49,646 nucleotides of DNA. Source: an uncultured Ramlibacter sp. (GTDB lineage Bacteria > Pseudomonadota > Gammaproteobacteria > Burkholderiales > Burkholderiaceae_C). The stretch is taken from contig CAZUKC010000001.1 of the NCBI GenBank assembly GCA_964620375.1, positions 1 through 49,646 on the forward strand, in the 5' to 3' direction. A program made the position numbers and the translations under genes. Below, piece after piece: positions 17,357-27,803 of this stretch (position 1 is its first letter; each line of letters starts with the position of its first letter). The notes under the pieces were generated by a model, which made no database searches, had not been told where the DNA came from, and saw only the letters and a program-made list of their open reading frames with translations.

Positions 17357-17481
17357 GGCACCCTCCCGTTCTGTGTTGTGCACGGGGTTATAGGGCGCAG
17401 GCGTGCCCGAGGCGAGGCACAAATACGCGTTTTTGCGGGAAAAGCCAGCAGCTGCAAGCCGCGGGCAGGCAGGCCGTCGGG

Positions 17482-18024
17482 TCAGTCGCGCGCGAGGGCG
17501 GCGAAGGTCTTGCGGAACTTGGCCACCTTGGGTGCGGCCACCGCCAGGCAGTAGCCCTGGGTGGGGTTGCGCTCGAAAAAGTCCTGGTGGTAGTCCTCGG
17601 CGGGCCAGTAAGGCCCCAGCGGCTGGACTTCGGTGACGATCGGCGCGCCCCCGTAGACCTTGTCCTGGCTCATTTCGCGTATCAGGTCGTCGGCCACCTG
17701 CTTCTGTTCGGGCGTGGTGTGGTAGATGCCGCTTCGGTACTGCGTGCCCACGTCATGACCCTGCGCATTGAGCTGGGTCGGGTCATGGACCACGAAAAAG
17801 ATCTCCAGCAGCTGGCGGGTACTCACGATCGACGGGTCGTAGGTCAGTCGCACCACCTCGTTGTAGCCGGTGGTGCCGGTGCACACGTCCTGGTAGCTGG
17901 GACGACCGGTGTGGCCGTTGGCGTAGCCGGACTCCACGTCGGTGACACCGCGCACCTTCACGTACACCGCCTCGGTGCACCAGAAACAGCCACCGCCCAG
18001 GACCAGGGTCTGCAATTGGCTCAT
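17482..18024 (-). CDS. msrA: Peptide methionine sulfoxide reductase A
   Basis: GGCFWCTE, SGYANG, HDPT, DVGTQYRS, AEDYHQ, GYC. Confidence 0.97.
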   Translation of the reverse strand: MSQLQTLVLGGGCFWCTEAVYVKVRGVTDVESGYANGHTGRPSYQDVCTGTTGYNEVVRLTYDPSIVSTRQLLEIFFVVHDPTQLNAQGHDVGTQYRSGIYHTTPEQKQVADDLIREMSQDKVYGGAPIVTEVQPLGPYWPAEDYHQDFFERNPTQGYCLAVAAPKVAKFRKTFAALARD

Positions 18025-18100
18025 GGATCGTCCTCCTTCAATGAGGCGCTCACTGTAGCCGCGCGGGCCCGAACGCCGCGCCGGCTACCATCGCTGACCT

Positions 18101-18880
18101 ATGCAATTCGGGGATTTCAAGGCCTTGTTCTCGCCCCTGGTGCTGCCGCCGGCGGGGCCGCTGCTGCTGGTGGTGGCGGGGCTGCTCGCGTGGGGCCTGT
18201 GGCCACGTGCGCGTCGCGTGGCGCTGGGCCTGGCGGCAACGGGCGCGGGGGTGCTGTGGCTGCTGTCCTGCCATGCGGTGGCGATCCGCCTGGCCAGCGG
18301 ACTGCTGCCCCTGCCCGAGCCGGTCACGGCCGAGGCAATGCAGGCGGCCGGCGTGCAGGCGGTGGTGGTGCTGGGGGGCGGCGTGCTGGCCGAGGCGCCC
18401 GAATACGGCGCCCCGCAACCCGCCAACGCCACGCTGGCGCGTCTGCGCTACGGCATCCGGCTCGCGCGCGCCCAGGCGCTGCCCTTGGCCTTCGCGGGCG
18501 GTGTGGGCTGGGCCGGGCGCGGCACCGCCAGCGAGGCGCAGGCCGTGGTCCTGTCGGCGCGCGAGGACTTCGGCTTCGTACCGCGCTGGCTGGACGACCA
18601 GTCACGCGACACCCGCGAGAACGCGCAGAAGCTGGCCGACCAGATGCACCCGCAGGGCGTGCGGCGCATCGCCCTGGTGTCGGACGCCTGGCATCTGCCG
18701 CGTGCGGCATTGGAGTTTCGACGCGCGGGCTTCGAGGTGATGGCAGCCCCGACCCGCCTGCCCCTGCCCCAGGCACGCACCGCGCTGGAGTGGCTGCCCT
18801 CCACCGAAGGCCTGACCCTGTCGCGCCAGGTGCTGCGCGAGTGGCTGGGTCTGGGCGTGGCCCGTTTGTCCGGCGGCTGA
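18101..18880 (+). CDS. YdcF/ElyC (DUF218) family membrane protein
   Basis: Two N-terminal TM helices, [26 protein letters not shown]. Confidence 0.88.
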   Translation: MQFGDFKALFSPLVLPPAGPLLLVVAGLLAWGLWPRARRVALGLAATGAGVLWLLSCHAVAIRLASGLLPLPEPVTAEAMQAAGVQAVVVLGGGVLAEAPEYGAPQPANATLARLRYGIRLARAQALPLAFAGGVGWAGRGTASEAQAVVLSAREDFGFVPRWLDDQSRDTRENAQKLADQMHPQGVRRIALVSDAWHLPRAALEFRRAGFEVMAAPTRLPLPQARTALEWLPSTEGLTLSRQVLREWLGLGVARLSGG

Positions 18881-18932
18881 GCGCGCAGGCGCCGTCGGGA
18901 CGGCCGCGGCCCCGACCGCCGGGACACCTTTC

Positions 18933-18979
18933 TTGACCTGTCGGGTGGCTGACGCTACATTACTAACCAGTCAGTCATT
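18933..18979 (+). promoter_or_regulatory. Sigma70 promoter with overlapping TetR-type operator
   Basis: TTGACC (18933-18938)-N17-TACATT (18956-18961), overlapped by the imperfect inverted repeat TTACTAAC-CA-GTCAGTCA (18960-18977). Confidence 0.72.
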
Positions 18980-19001
18980 AATCTCCACGCTTCCGAACCC
19001 G

Positions 19002-19700
19002 ATGGAAACCCGGACCGAAGACAGCCAGGTCAAGCGCGAGCGCCGCAAGCAGGCCCGACCGGGCGAGCTGCTCGACGCGGCCCTGGCGCTGTTCGTCGAA
19101 AAGGGCTTTGCCGCGACCCGGGTGGAGGAGGTTGCGGCCCGCGCCGGGGTGTCCAAAGGCACGCTGTTCCTCTATTTCCAGAGCAAGGAAGAACTGTTCA
19201 AGGCGGTGGTGCACGAGAACCTGGCCGGCCGCTTCGTGGAATGGAACGAAGAGTTCGAGCGCTTTGAGGGCGACAGCGCCGACATGCTGCGCGCGTGCCT
19301 GACCGCCTGGTGGGAGCGGATCGGGGCGACACCAGCCTCAGGCATCACCAAGCTGATGATCAGCGAGGCGCAGAACTTCCCCGAGCTGGCGTCCTTCTAC
19401 CAGCGCGAGGTGATGGAGCCCGGCAAGGCCCTGATCCGTCGCATCCTGCAACGCGGGGTGGACCGCGGGGAGTTCCGGGTGGACGACATGGACTACGCCA
19501 TCTACAGCGTGATCGCGCCCATGATTTTTCTGATGATGAACAAGCATTCACTGGGCACCTGTGTGCCCGCCACCGAGCCCCTGGACCCACACCGGTTCGT
19601 CGAGATGCAGACCGGCATCCTCCTGCAGGGCCTGTGTCTGCGCACCGCCGGCCAAGGATCGTCGAAGGACACGCAGCGCCGAGCGAGGGGGCAGTCATGA
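19002..19700 (+). CDS. TetR/AcrR family transcriptional regulator
   Basis: [46 protein letters not shown]. Confidence 0.95.
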   Translation: METRTEDSQVKRERRKQARPGELLDAALALFVEKGFAATRVEEVAARAGVSKGTLFLYFQSKEELFKAVVHENLAGRFVEWNEEFERFEGDSADMLRACLTAWWERIGATPASGITKLMISEAQNFPELASFYQREVMEPGKALIRRILQRGVDRGEFRVDDMDYAIYSVIAPMIFLMMNKHSLGTCVPATEPLDPHRFVEMQTGILLQGLCLRTAGQGSSKDTQRRARGQS

Positions 19701-20839
19701 GCAAGCGCATGATCGTGGGGATCGCGGTGGTGCTGGTGGCTGCCGCGGGTATCGGTCTGGCGATGCGCTTCGGCCAGGGCCGTGCCCCGACGCGGGCGCC
19801 CGCCGCCTCGGCCCCCGCGGAGGCGGTGGTGGAACTGGCCGCCAGCGACGTCACCCGCGCGCAGTCCACCGACCTCGAGCAGGGGCTGGCGATCACCGGA
19901 ACACTGCGGGCCGTCAACACCGCGGTGGTGAAGGCACGCGTGGCCGGCGAGCTCCAGGGCCTGACCGTGCGCGAGGGCGACACGGTGCGCGCCGGGCAGG
20001 TGATCGCCTCGATCGACCCCACCGAGTACCGCGCCCGACTGCAGCAGGCGCGCGAACAGGCCGACGCAGCCAAGGCGCAGGTCGACATCGCGCGCCGGCA
20101 GTTTGACAACAACCAGGCCCTGGTGGACAAGGGCTTCATCTCGCGCACCGCGCTGGAGAGTTCGCAGAGCAGCCTTGCGGCCGCCGAGGCCACGCACAAG
20201 GCGGCGCTCGCGGCAGTGGACGTGGCCCGCAAGACGCTGGACGATTCATCGCTGCAGGCCCCGATCGCCGGGGTGGTGTCGCAGCGCCTGGCCCAGCCCG
20301 GCGAGCGACTGGGCGTGGACGCGCGGGTGGTCGAGATCGTCGACCCGAGCCGCCTGGAATTGGAGGCCACGCTGGCCGCCGCAGACTCGGTCCGGGTGCG
20401 CGCCGGTCAGTCGGCACGACTGATCGTGGAGGGCACGGCGCAGCCGGTGCTGGCCACCGTGGCGCGCATCAACCCCAGCGCGCAGGCCGCCAGCCGCGGC
20501 GTTCTGGTGTACCTGCAGCTGCCGCCCACCGCCGGCCTGCGCCAGGGGCTGTTCGCCCAGGGTGTGCTGGTGACCGAGCGGGTGCAGGCGCTGTCGGTGC
20601 CACTGCAGGCGGTGCGCACCGATCGGCCCGCACCCTACGTGCAGGTGGTCGAAGGCGATCGCGTGCGGCACAAGCCGGTGCAGACCGGCGCCCGGGCGGA
20701 AAGCGGCGGCCAGGTGCAGGTGGCCGTGAGCGGCGTCGAGGCCGGCGCGGCGGTGATCCTGGGTCATGTGGGCGCGCTGCGCGAAGGCACGCTGGTGAAA
20801 TTCACCACCCCCGCCGCCCCGGCGCGCGCCACGCCCTGA
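19697..20839 (+). CDS. RND efflux periplasmic adaptor (MFP)
   Basis: N-terminal anchor, VKARVAG...VREGD, coiled-coil hairpin, APIAGVV. ATGA overlap with tetR. Confidence 0.93.
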   Translation: MSKRMIVGIAVVLVAAAGIGLAMRFGQGRAPTRAPAASAPAEAVVELAASDVTRAQSTDLEQGLAITGTLRAVNTAVVKARVAGELQGLTVREGDTVRAGQVIASIDPTEYRARLQQAREQADAAKAQVDIARRQFDNNQALVDKGFISRTALESSQSSLAAAEATHKAALAAVDVARKTLDDSSLQAPIAGVVSQRLAQPGERLGVDARVVEIVDPSRLELEATLAAADSVRVRAGQSARLIVEGTAQPVLATVARINPSAQAASRGVLVYLQLPPTAGLRQGLFAQGVLVTERVQALSVPLQAVRTDRPAPYVQVVEGDRVRHKPVQTGARAESGGQVQVAVSGVEAGAAVILGHVGALREGTLVKFTTPAAPARATP

Positions 20840-20852
20840 GGCCTGCACCGCT

Positions 20853-23800
20853 ATGTGGTTCACTCGTATCAGCCTGCGCAATCCTGTCCTGGCCACCATG
20901 GTCATGCTCGCGCTGGTGGTGCTGGGCCTGTTCTCGCTGCAGCGCCTGAAGGTCGATCAGTTCCCCAACATCGATTTCCCAGTGGTGGTGGTCACCACCG
21001 AATACCCCGGGGCTTCGCCCGAAGTGGTCGAGGTGGAGGTGTCGCGCAAGATCGAGGAGGGCGTCAACGCCATCGCCGGGATCAACGCCCTCTTCTCCCG
21101 CAGCTACGAGGGCCAGTCGGTCGTCATCATTGAATTCGGACTGCACGTGAACGGGCGCGCGGCGGCCGACGACGTGCGCGAGCGCATCGCGGCGGTACGC
21201 CCCACCCTGCGTACCGAGGTCAAGGAGCCGCGGGTGCTGCGCTTCGACCCGGGCAGCCGCTCGATCTGGTCGGTGGCGGTGCTGGCGGACCCGAGCCGCG
21301 GCACACCGATGACACCGGTGGAACTGACCAACTGGGCCGACCAGACCCTGAAAAAGCGGCTGGAGAACGTGCGCGGCGTGGGCTCGGTCACCCTGGTGGG
21401 CGGGACCCGGCGCGAGATCAACCTGTACCTGCAACCCGCCGCCCTGGAGGCCCTGGGGGTGACACCCGAGCAGGTGGTAGCCGCCGTGCGCGGCGAAAAC
21501 CAGGCGCAGCCGGTGGGCACGGTGCGCGCAGCGGACCGCGAGCTGGTGGTGCAGATTGACGCGCGCCTGGAGCGCCCCGAGGACTTCGGACGGCTGATCG
21601 TGGCGCGCAAGAACGGTGTGCCGGTGCGGCTGGAGCAGGTCGCGCGCGTGGCCGACGGCGCGCAGGAGGTGGACAGCCTCGCCCTGTACAACGGTCAGCG
21701 CACACTGCTGCTCACGGTGCAGAAATCGCAGGACGAGAACACCATCCAGGTGATCGACGGCCTGAACGCCACCCTGCGTCAGATGAACGCGCAGCTGCCT
21801 CCCGGGGTGCGCCTGGAGCCGATCCTGGACGCCTCGCGCCCGATCCGCGTGTCCGTGGCCAACGTGCGCAGCACCCTGATCGAGGGCGCGGTGCTCACGG
21901 TGCTGATCGTCTTCCTGTTCCTGAACTCCTGGCGATCGACCGTCATCACCGGCCTGACGCTGCCGATCGCCCTGATCGGGACCTTCCTGTTCATGGACCT
22001 GTTCGGGTTCACCGTCAACATGGTGACGCTGATGGCCCTGTCGCTGTGCGTGGGACTGCTGATCGACGACGCCATCGTCGTGCGCGAGAACATCGTGCGG
22101 CACCTGCATATGGGCAAGAACTCCTTCCAGGCCGCGATGGACGGTACGCAGGAGATTGGCCTGGCGGTGCTGGCCACGACGCTGTCGATCGTAGCGGTGT
22201 TCCTGCCGATCGGATTCATGGGCGGCATCATCGGCAAGTTCTTCCACGAGTTCGGTCTGACCATCGTGGCGGCGGTGATGATCTCGATGTTCGTGAGCTT
22301 CACCCTGGACCCGATGCTGTCGGCGGTGTGGCACGACCCACAGGCGCACGGGGCTGCTGGCGCGCCTGGCGGTCGCGCCTCGCTGTATGACCGCAGCATC
22401 GGCCGGGTGACGGGCTGGTTTGACCGGGCCACCGAAGGCCTGTCCGGCGCCTACCAGCGTCTGCTGCGGTGGTCACTGGCGCACCGCCTGGCCACCGTGC
22501 TGTCGGCGGTCGGCATCTTCTTGGCGAGCGTGACGATGGTGCCCCTGCTCGGGACCGAGTTCGTGCCCAAGGCCGATTTCTCCGAAGTGACGGTGAACTA
22601 CTACACCCCGATGGGGTCCTCCCTGGAACTGACCGAGGCCAAGGCGCGCCAGGTCGAGACGATCGTGCGCGAGTTCCCCGAGACCCGCTACACCCTCACC
22701 ACCATCAATACCGGCAACGCCCAGGGCAAAAGCTACGCCAACCTGTACGTGCGACTGGTCGACCGCAAGGACCGTGCGCGCAGCGTGGACCAGATGGCGG
22801 CCATCCTGCGCGAACGCCTGCAACAGGTGCCCGGCATCACGGTCACGCACGCCGGCCTGCTGGACACCGTGGGTGGCAACAAGCAAGTGGAGCTGTCGCT
22901 GATCGGCCCCGACCTCAAGGAACTGGAGCGGCTCTCTCAGCTGATGCTGGACCGCGTGCGCCCGATCCCCGGTCTGGTCGACCTGGACTCCAGCGTCAAG
23001 CCGAACAAGCCGGTGGTGGACATCGCGGTACGCCGCGAGGCGGCCAGCGACCTGGGCCTGTCGGTGGCCCAGATCGCCGCGCCCCTGCGTACCCTGGTGG
23101 CCGGCCAGACCGTGGGCAACTGGCGCGCCGGTGACGGCCAGACCTACGACGTGAACGTGCGCCTCGCGCCCGAGGCTCGACACGTGGCGCAGCAGCTGGA
23201 GCGCCTGTCTTTCACCACCGGGACCCAGGCCGACGGCGCGCCGCGCGTGGTGCGACTGACACAGGTGGCCCAGGTGGTCGAGACCACCGGCCCCAACCAG
23301 ATCAACCGCCGCGATCTCGCCCGTGAGGTCGCGATCAGCGCCAACGTGTACGGGCGCTCGGCCGGCGAGGTTTCCGCCGACGTGCGCAAGGCCCTGGAGG
23401 GTATCGCCCTGCCCCCGGGCTACCGCTGGCAGTTCAGCGGCTCGGTCAAGAACATGCGGGAGTCCTTCGCTTACGCGATGTCGGCGCTGGCGTTGGCGGT
23501 GATCTTCATCTACATGATCCTGGCCAGCCAGTTCAGGAGCTTCCTGCAGCCGCTGGCCCTCATGACCTCGCTGCCGCTGACCCTGATCGGCGTGGTGCTG
23601 GCCCTGATGGCGTTCCGGTCGACGCTGTCGATGTTCTCGGTGATCGGCGTGGTGATGCTGATGGGGCTGGTGACCAAGAATGCCATTTTGCTGGTGGACT
23701 TCGCGATCCGCGCCCGCCAGGAGGGGACCGACGATCAGGGCCGGCGCGTGCCCGGGCTGCCGCGTGCCGAGGCCCTGCTGCTGGCGGCCAGGGTCCGCCT

Positions 23801-24026
23801 TCGCCCCATCCTGATGACCACCCTGGCGATGATCTTCGGCATGGTACCCCTGGCCTTCGCCCTGAGCGAGGGCTCGGAGCAGCGCGCCCCCATGGGCCAG
23901 GCCGTGATCGGCGGGGTGATCACCTCGTCGCTGCTGACGCTGGTGGTCGTGCCGGTGGTCTATTGCTACCTGGACGATCTGGCCGCCTGGGCGCGGCGCA
24001 AGTGGGGGGGCGCCCCCGCTGCCTAA
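20853..24026 (+). CDS. RND efflux permease (HAE1/AcrB family)
   Basis: 1057 aa; GLLIDDAIVVREN, KNAILLVDF, RLRPILMTT. Confidence 0.96.
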   Translation: MWFTRISLRNPVLATMVMLALVVLGLFSLQRLKVDQFPNIDFPVVVVTTEYPGASPEVVEVEVSRKIEEGVNAIAGINALFSRSYEGQSVVIIEFGLHVNGRAAADDVRERIAAVRPTLRTEVKEPRVLRFDPGSRSIWSVAVLADPSRGTPMTPVELTNWADQTLKKRLENVRGVGSVTLVGGTRREINLYLQPAALEALGVTPEQVVAAVRGENQAQPVGTVRAADRELVVQIDARLERPEDFGRLIVARKNGVPVRLEQVARVADGAQEVDSLALYNGQRTLLLTVQKSQDENTIQVIDGLNATLRQMNAQLPPGVRLEPILDASRPIRVSVANVRSTLIEGAVLTVLIVFLFLNSWRSTVITGLTLPIALIGTFLFMDLFGFTVNMVTLMALSLCVGLLIDDAIVVRENIVRHLHMGKNSFQAAMDGTQEIGLAVLATTLSIVAVFLPIGFMGGIIGKFFHEFGLTIVAAVMISMFVSFTLDPMLSAVWHDPQAHGAAGAPGGRASLYDRSIGRVTGWFDRATEGLSGAYQRLLRWSLAHRLATVLSAVGIFLASVTMVPLLGTEFVPKADFSEVTVNYYTPMGSSLELTEAKARQVETIVREFPETRYTLTTINTGNAQGKSYANLYVRLVDRKDRARSVDQMAAILRERLQQVPGITVTHAGLLDTVGGNKQVELSLIGPDLKELERLSQLMLDRVRPIPGLVDLDSSVKPNKPVVDIAVRREAASDLGLSVAQIAAPLRTLVAGQTVGNWRAGDGQTYDVNVRLAPEARHVAQQLERLSFTTGTQADGAPRVVRLTQVAQVVETTGPNQINRRDLAREVAISANVYGRSAGEVSADVRKALEGIALPPGYRWQFSGSVKNMRESFAYAMSALALAVIFIYMILASQFRSFLQPLALMTSLPLTLIGVVLALMAFRSTLSMFSVIGVVMLMGLVTKNAILLVDFAIRARQEGTDDQGRRVPGLPRAEALLLAARVRLRPILMTTLAMIFGMVPLAFALSEGSEQRAPMGQAVIGGVITSSLLTLVVVPVVYCYLDDLAAWARRKWGGAPAA

Positions 24027-24079
24027 AATGGGTGGTTTGACCCGCTCCATGCCGTTTTGACGTGACCCCGAGTAAAGCC

Positions 24080-24769
24080 ATGCACCAGCCTGTGTCCATC
24101 GAGAAAGCCCGCTTCAACATGATCGAACAGCAGATCCGCCCCTGGGACGTGCTCGACCCCCAGGTGCTGGAACTGCTGTCGGTGCTGCACCGGGAGGATT
24201 TCGTCCCCGAGGCCCACAAGGCCCTGGCCTTTGTCGACATGGAGATCCCGCTGGCCGGCAGCGCCCAGGAAGCCCTGGCCAGCGGCCGCTGCATGCTCGC
24301 CCCCAAGGTCGAGGCGCGCATGCTGCAGGAAGTCAGCCCCCAGCCCCACGAGAAGGTGCTCGAGATCGGCGCCGGCAGCGGCTACATGGCCGCCCTGCTC
24401 GCGGCCCGTGCCGGTTCGGTGGTGACGATGGAGATCGATCCCTCGCTGGCGCGCATGGCCCGCGAGAATCTGGCCCATGCGGGCGTGGCCAACGTGCAGG
24501 TGCGCGAGGGCGATGGCGCGCAAGGCCTGCCGGGCGAGGGACCCTTTGACGTGATCGTGCTCAGTGGCTCGGTCGCGGAAGTGCCGCAGGTGCTGCTGGC
24601 GCAGCTGAAGGTGGGTGGGCGCCTGGCGGCGATCGTGGGCGCCGACCCCGTGATGCGCGCAACCGTCGTGACCCGCACCGGCGAGACCACCTACACCACC
24701 GCGCAGCGTTGGGATACGCTGGCGCCGCGCCTGCGCCATTTCCCCGAGCCCTCGCGCTTCGCGTTCTGA
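24080..24769 (+). CDS. pcm: Protein-L-isoaspartate O-methyltransferase family protein
   Basis: ARFNMIEQQIRPW, VLEIGAGSGY, PFDVI, QLKVGGRL. Confidence 0.88.
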   Translation: MHQPVSIEKARFNMIEQQIRPWDVLDPQVLELLSVLHREDFVPEAHKALAFVDMEIPLAGSAQEALASGRCMLAPKVEARMLQEVSPQPHEKVLEIGAGSGYMAALLAARAGSVVTMEIDPSLARMARENLAHAGVANVQVREGDGAQGLPGEGPFDVIVLSGSVAEVPQVLLAQLKVGGRLAAIVGADPVMRATVVTRTGETTYTTAQRWDTLAPRLRHFPEPSRFAF

Positions 24770-24793
24770 CTGGCCTTCGCCCCCGACCACCCC

Positions 24794-25132
24794 ATGATTG
24801 ACCAGATCCGTCCTTCGCAACTGTCCGACTGGCTGCAGCGTCATGCGGCCGAACAGCCGGTGGTGCTGGACGTGCGCGAGCCCATGGAGTTGGCGGTCGC
24901 CCGCGTGCAGCCCGAGGGGTTTGAGCTGCTGCACATCCCGATGTATGAGATTCCCGCACGCCTGGCAGAACTTGACCCCGGGCGTCCCCTGGCCTGCCTG
25001 TGCCACCATGGCATGCGCAGCCAGCAGGTGGCAATGTTCCTGGCGCGCCAGGGTTTCGAGCAGGTGGTGAACATCGCCGGCGGAATCGATGCCTGGTCGA
25101 TCGAGCGAGACACCCGTGTGCCACAGTATTAA
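24794..25132 (+). CDS. Rhodanese-like domain protein
   Basis: LDVREP, CHHGMRS, NIAGGIDAW. Confidence 0.93.
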   Translation: MIDQIRPSQLSDWLQRHAAEQPVVLDVREPMELAVARVQPEGFELLHIPMYEIPARLAELDPGRPLACLCHHGMRSQQVAMFLARQGFEQVVNIAGGIDAWSIERDTRVPQY

Positions 25133-25183
25133 AAGCAGAACCGGAAGAACCCCGAGCCAGGGACGGAAGTAGAAGGACGGACC

Positions 25184-26527
25184 ATGAAATCGTTGCTGCG
25201 CCCCACCATGCGCCTGCTGCCCCTGTCGCTCGCGATGGCCTTCGCCGCCGCGCCGGTGCGGGCCCAGAGTCTGCTCGACCTCTATCAGGCGGCGCAGGGC
25301 CATGACGCCGCCTACCAGTCGGCACGTGCGCAGTACGAAGCCGCACGACACCGGGCCGAACAGGCGCGCGCCGGCCTGCTGCCGTCGGCAGCCCTGTCGG
25401 CCTCACGCAGCGAGACGCAGCAGGACACCCGAACCACTACCAGCACCAGCCAGCGCGAGTTCGGCACCGGCAGCGCCTCGGTGTCGGTGACCCAGCCCCT
25501 GTACCGGCCCGCCAACCAGGCCGCCTTCGAGCAGGGCCGGCGCCAGGCCGAGGCGGCGCAGGCGCAGCTGACAGCGGCCAGCCAGGACCTGATCATCCGC
25601 GTGAGCCAGGCCTACTTTGACGTGCTGTCCGCGCAGGACACCCTGGCCTTCGTGCAGGCGCAGAAAGCCGCCGTGAGCGAACAGCTCGCCTCCGCGCGCC
25701 GCAACTTCGAGGTCGGCACGGCCACGATCACCGACACGCGCGAGGCGCAGGCCCGCTTCGACCTGGTCCAGGCCCAGGAAATCGCCGCCGAGAACGACCT
25801 GCGGGTGCGCAAGCTGGCCCTGGACACGGTGACCGGCCGCACCGACGCCAAGCCCCTACCCCTGGCCACGCCCCTGGCCCTGCCGGCGCCCGAACCGTCC
25901 GACGTGAACGCATGGGTGCAGCAGGCCGAAGAGACCAGTCCCTCGATCCGGCAGGCCCGCCTGGGCCTGGAGGTCGCGCGCCTGGAAACTGACCGGGCCA
26001 AGGCTGGCCACCTGCCGACGCTGGACCTGAGCGCCAGCCGCGGCTATGGCCGTAACCTGGGCGGCACTGCCCTGTCCTCCACCGATTCGCGCACCCTGTC
26101 CACGCAGGTGGGCGTGAGCCTGAGCGTGCCGCTGTTTGCCGGCTTCGCAACCCAGAACCGCATCCGCGAGACCCTGTCTCTGGAAGACAAGGCACAGGCC
26201 GACCTGGAGAACGCGCGCCGCACGGTGGCCCAGGCTACCCGCACCGCCTACTTCGGACTCGTCTCAGGCGCGGGCCAGGTGCGCGCGCTCGAAGCCGCCG
26301 AGGCTTCCAGCCAGAGCGCGCTGGACGCCAACCGACTGGGCTACCAGGTGGGCGTTCGCATCAACATCGACGTGCTCAACGCACAGAGCCAGTTGTTCCA
26401 GACCAAACGCGACCTGGCGGTGGCCCGCTACAACGTGCTGCTCGGACAGCTGAAGCTGCGGCAGGCCAACGGATCGCTCAAGCCCGAAGACGTCGGGCGG
26501 ATCAACGGGCTGCTGGCGCGTCCCTGA
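25184..26527 (+). CDS. tolC: TolC family outer membrane channel
   Basis: Signal peptide, two OEP repeats, AGHLPTLDL, GYQVGVRINIDVLNAQ. Confidence 0.93.
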   Translation: MKSLLRPTMRLLPLSLAMAFAAAPVRAQSLLDLYQAAQGHDAAYQSARAQYEAARHRAEQARAGLLPSAALSASRSETQQDTRTTTSTSQREFGTGSASVSVTQPLYRPANQAAFEQGRRQAEAAQAQLTAASQDLIIRVSQAYFDVLSAQDTLAFVQAQKAAVSEQLASARRNFEVGTATITDTREAQARFDLVQAQEIAAENDLRVRKLALDTVTGRTDAKPLPLATPLALPAPEPSDVNAWVQQAEETSPSIRQARLGLEVARLETDRAKAGHLPTLDLSASRGYGRNLGGTALSSTDSRTLSTQVGVSLSVPLFAGFATQNRIRETLSLEDKAQADLENARRTVAQATRTAYFGLVSGAGQVRALEAAEASSQSALDANRLGYQVGVRINIDVLNAQSQLFQTKRDLAVARYNVLLGQLKLRQANGSLKPEDVGRINGLLARP

Positions 26528-27803
26528 AGGCCTGCGCCATCAGGGCGAAGAGCGCCTGCGCGGTCCGGTCTGCCGCCCCCCCGTGCGCCTGCGCGAAACG
26601 CTGCGCCGCCTGCGCCATCGCATCACGCCGCGATGGTTGCATCACCAGGGCCACGGCCTGTTCGATGCCCTCGGATATCCCCCCCACCCGAAGCGCCGCG
26701 CCCTCGGCCTGCGCCTGCTCGCTGGCCCGCGCGAAGTTGAAGGTGTGCGGGCCCATGACGACCGGGCAAGCACAGGCGGCCGCCTCGATCAGGTTCTGCC
26801 CGCCCAGCGGCGCAAAGCTGCCCCCGAGCAGGGCGACGTCCGACAGGGCGTAGTACAGCGGCATCTCGCCCAGCGTGTCCCCCAGCCAGAGATCGGCCTG
26901 CAGCGCGTGATCGTCGGGTCCGGCCAGGCCCCAGGTGCTGCGCCGAGACACCGACAGGCCGGCCTGGGCCGCCAGGGCTGCCACTGCGTCAAAACGCTGC
27001 GGATGGCGCGGCACCAGCAGCCAGCGCAGGCCCTGGCCACGGCGTGCAACGGCCTCGCGCAGGAACTCGTCCTCCTCGCCCTCACGCGAGCTGGCGAACA
27101 TGAGTACCGCGCTGCCGCAACGGGCATGCCACTGTCGGCCCTTGGCCAGCAGCGCCGGGTCGGGGTCGGCATCGAACTTGAGGTTGCCCATGACCGCGCT
27201 CACGCGGGCGCCAGCCGCGGTCAGGCGCTGTGCGTCGTCCTCGGTCTGGGCCCAGACGGCGGCCAGCGAGGCATAGGCGGGCTGCGCCAGCACGCGCAGT
27301 CGCATGGCCTGCCGCAGAGACTTGTCCGACAGCCTTGCATTGGCCAGTGCCAGGGGTACGCCGCGCTTCGCACACGCAGCCGCGAGGTTGGGCCAGACCT
27401 CGGTCTCCATGAGGACACCGGCGCAGGGCTGGAAGTGATCGAGAAAGCGCGTCACCGCGCCCGGCGCGTCCCAGGGCAGCCAGGCCTGACGGTCACCCGG
27501 CTGCAGCAGCCGAACGCCCTCGTCGCGGCCGGTGGCGGTGCCGTGCGTGAGCAATATCCGCAGTGACGGGTCGCGCGCGCGCAGAGCCTGCATCAGGATG
27601 GCAGCCGCACGGGTCTCGCCCAGGGAGACCGCGTGGATCCAGAGGGCGCCGGGCACTGCGGGCGTGTCGTAGTGTCCGAAACGTTCGTCGATGGCCTGCA
27701 GGTAGCCGGGCTCCTGTTGTCCGCGCCGACGCAGCTTGGCGAGCAGCAGGGGCTGGGCCGCAAGCAGCGCCAGGCTGTAGAGAGAACGCGCCAGCCCCGT
27801 CAA
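26502..27803 (-). CDS. waaA: 3-deoxy-D-manno-octulosonic acid (Kdo) transferase
   Basis: WIHAVSLGE, METEVWPN, NARLS, GNLKFD, VPRHPQRF, GGQNLIEAA. TTG start overlaps the upstream stop. Confidence 0.95.
   Translation of the reverse strand: MTGLARSLYSLALLAAQPLLLAKLRRRGQQEPGYLQAIDERFGHYDTPAVPGALWIHAVSLGETRAAAILMQALRARDPSLRILLTHGTATGRDEGVRLLQPGDRQAWLPWDAPGAVTRFLDHFQPCAGVLMETEVWPNLAAACAKRGVPLALANARLSDKSLRQAMRLRVLAQPAYASLAAVWAQTEDDAQRLTAAGARVSAVMGNLKFDADPDPALLAKGRQWHARCGSAVLMFASSREGEEDEFLREAVARRGQGLRWLLVPRHPQRFDAVAALAAQAGLSVSRRSTWGLAGPDDHALQADLWLGDTLGEMPLYYALSDVALLGGSFAPLGGQNLIEAAACACPVVMGPHTFNFARASEQAQAEGAALRVGGISEGIEQAVALVMQPSRRDAMAQAAQRFAQAHGGAADRTAQALFALMAQAFRDAPAAR

Noticed and set aside
19002-26527. 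TetR-RND-pcm-rhodanese-tolC as a novel system
   Set aside because: To my knowledge this is a common Betaproteobacterial arrangement, and nothing aberrant is visible here.
26502-26527. Convergent 26-bp overlap of tolC and waaA
   Set aside because: Short tail-to-tail overlaps are common in compact GC-rich genomes.
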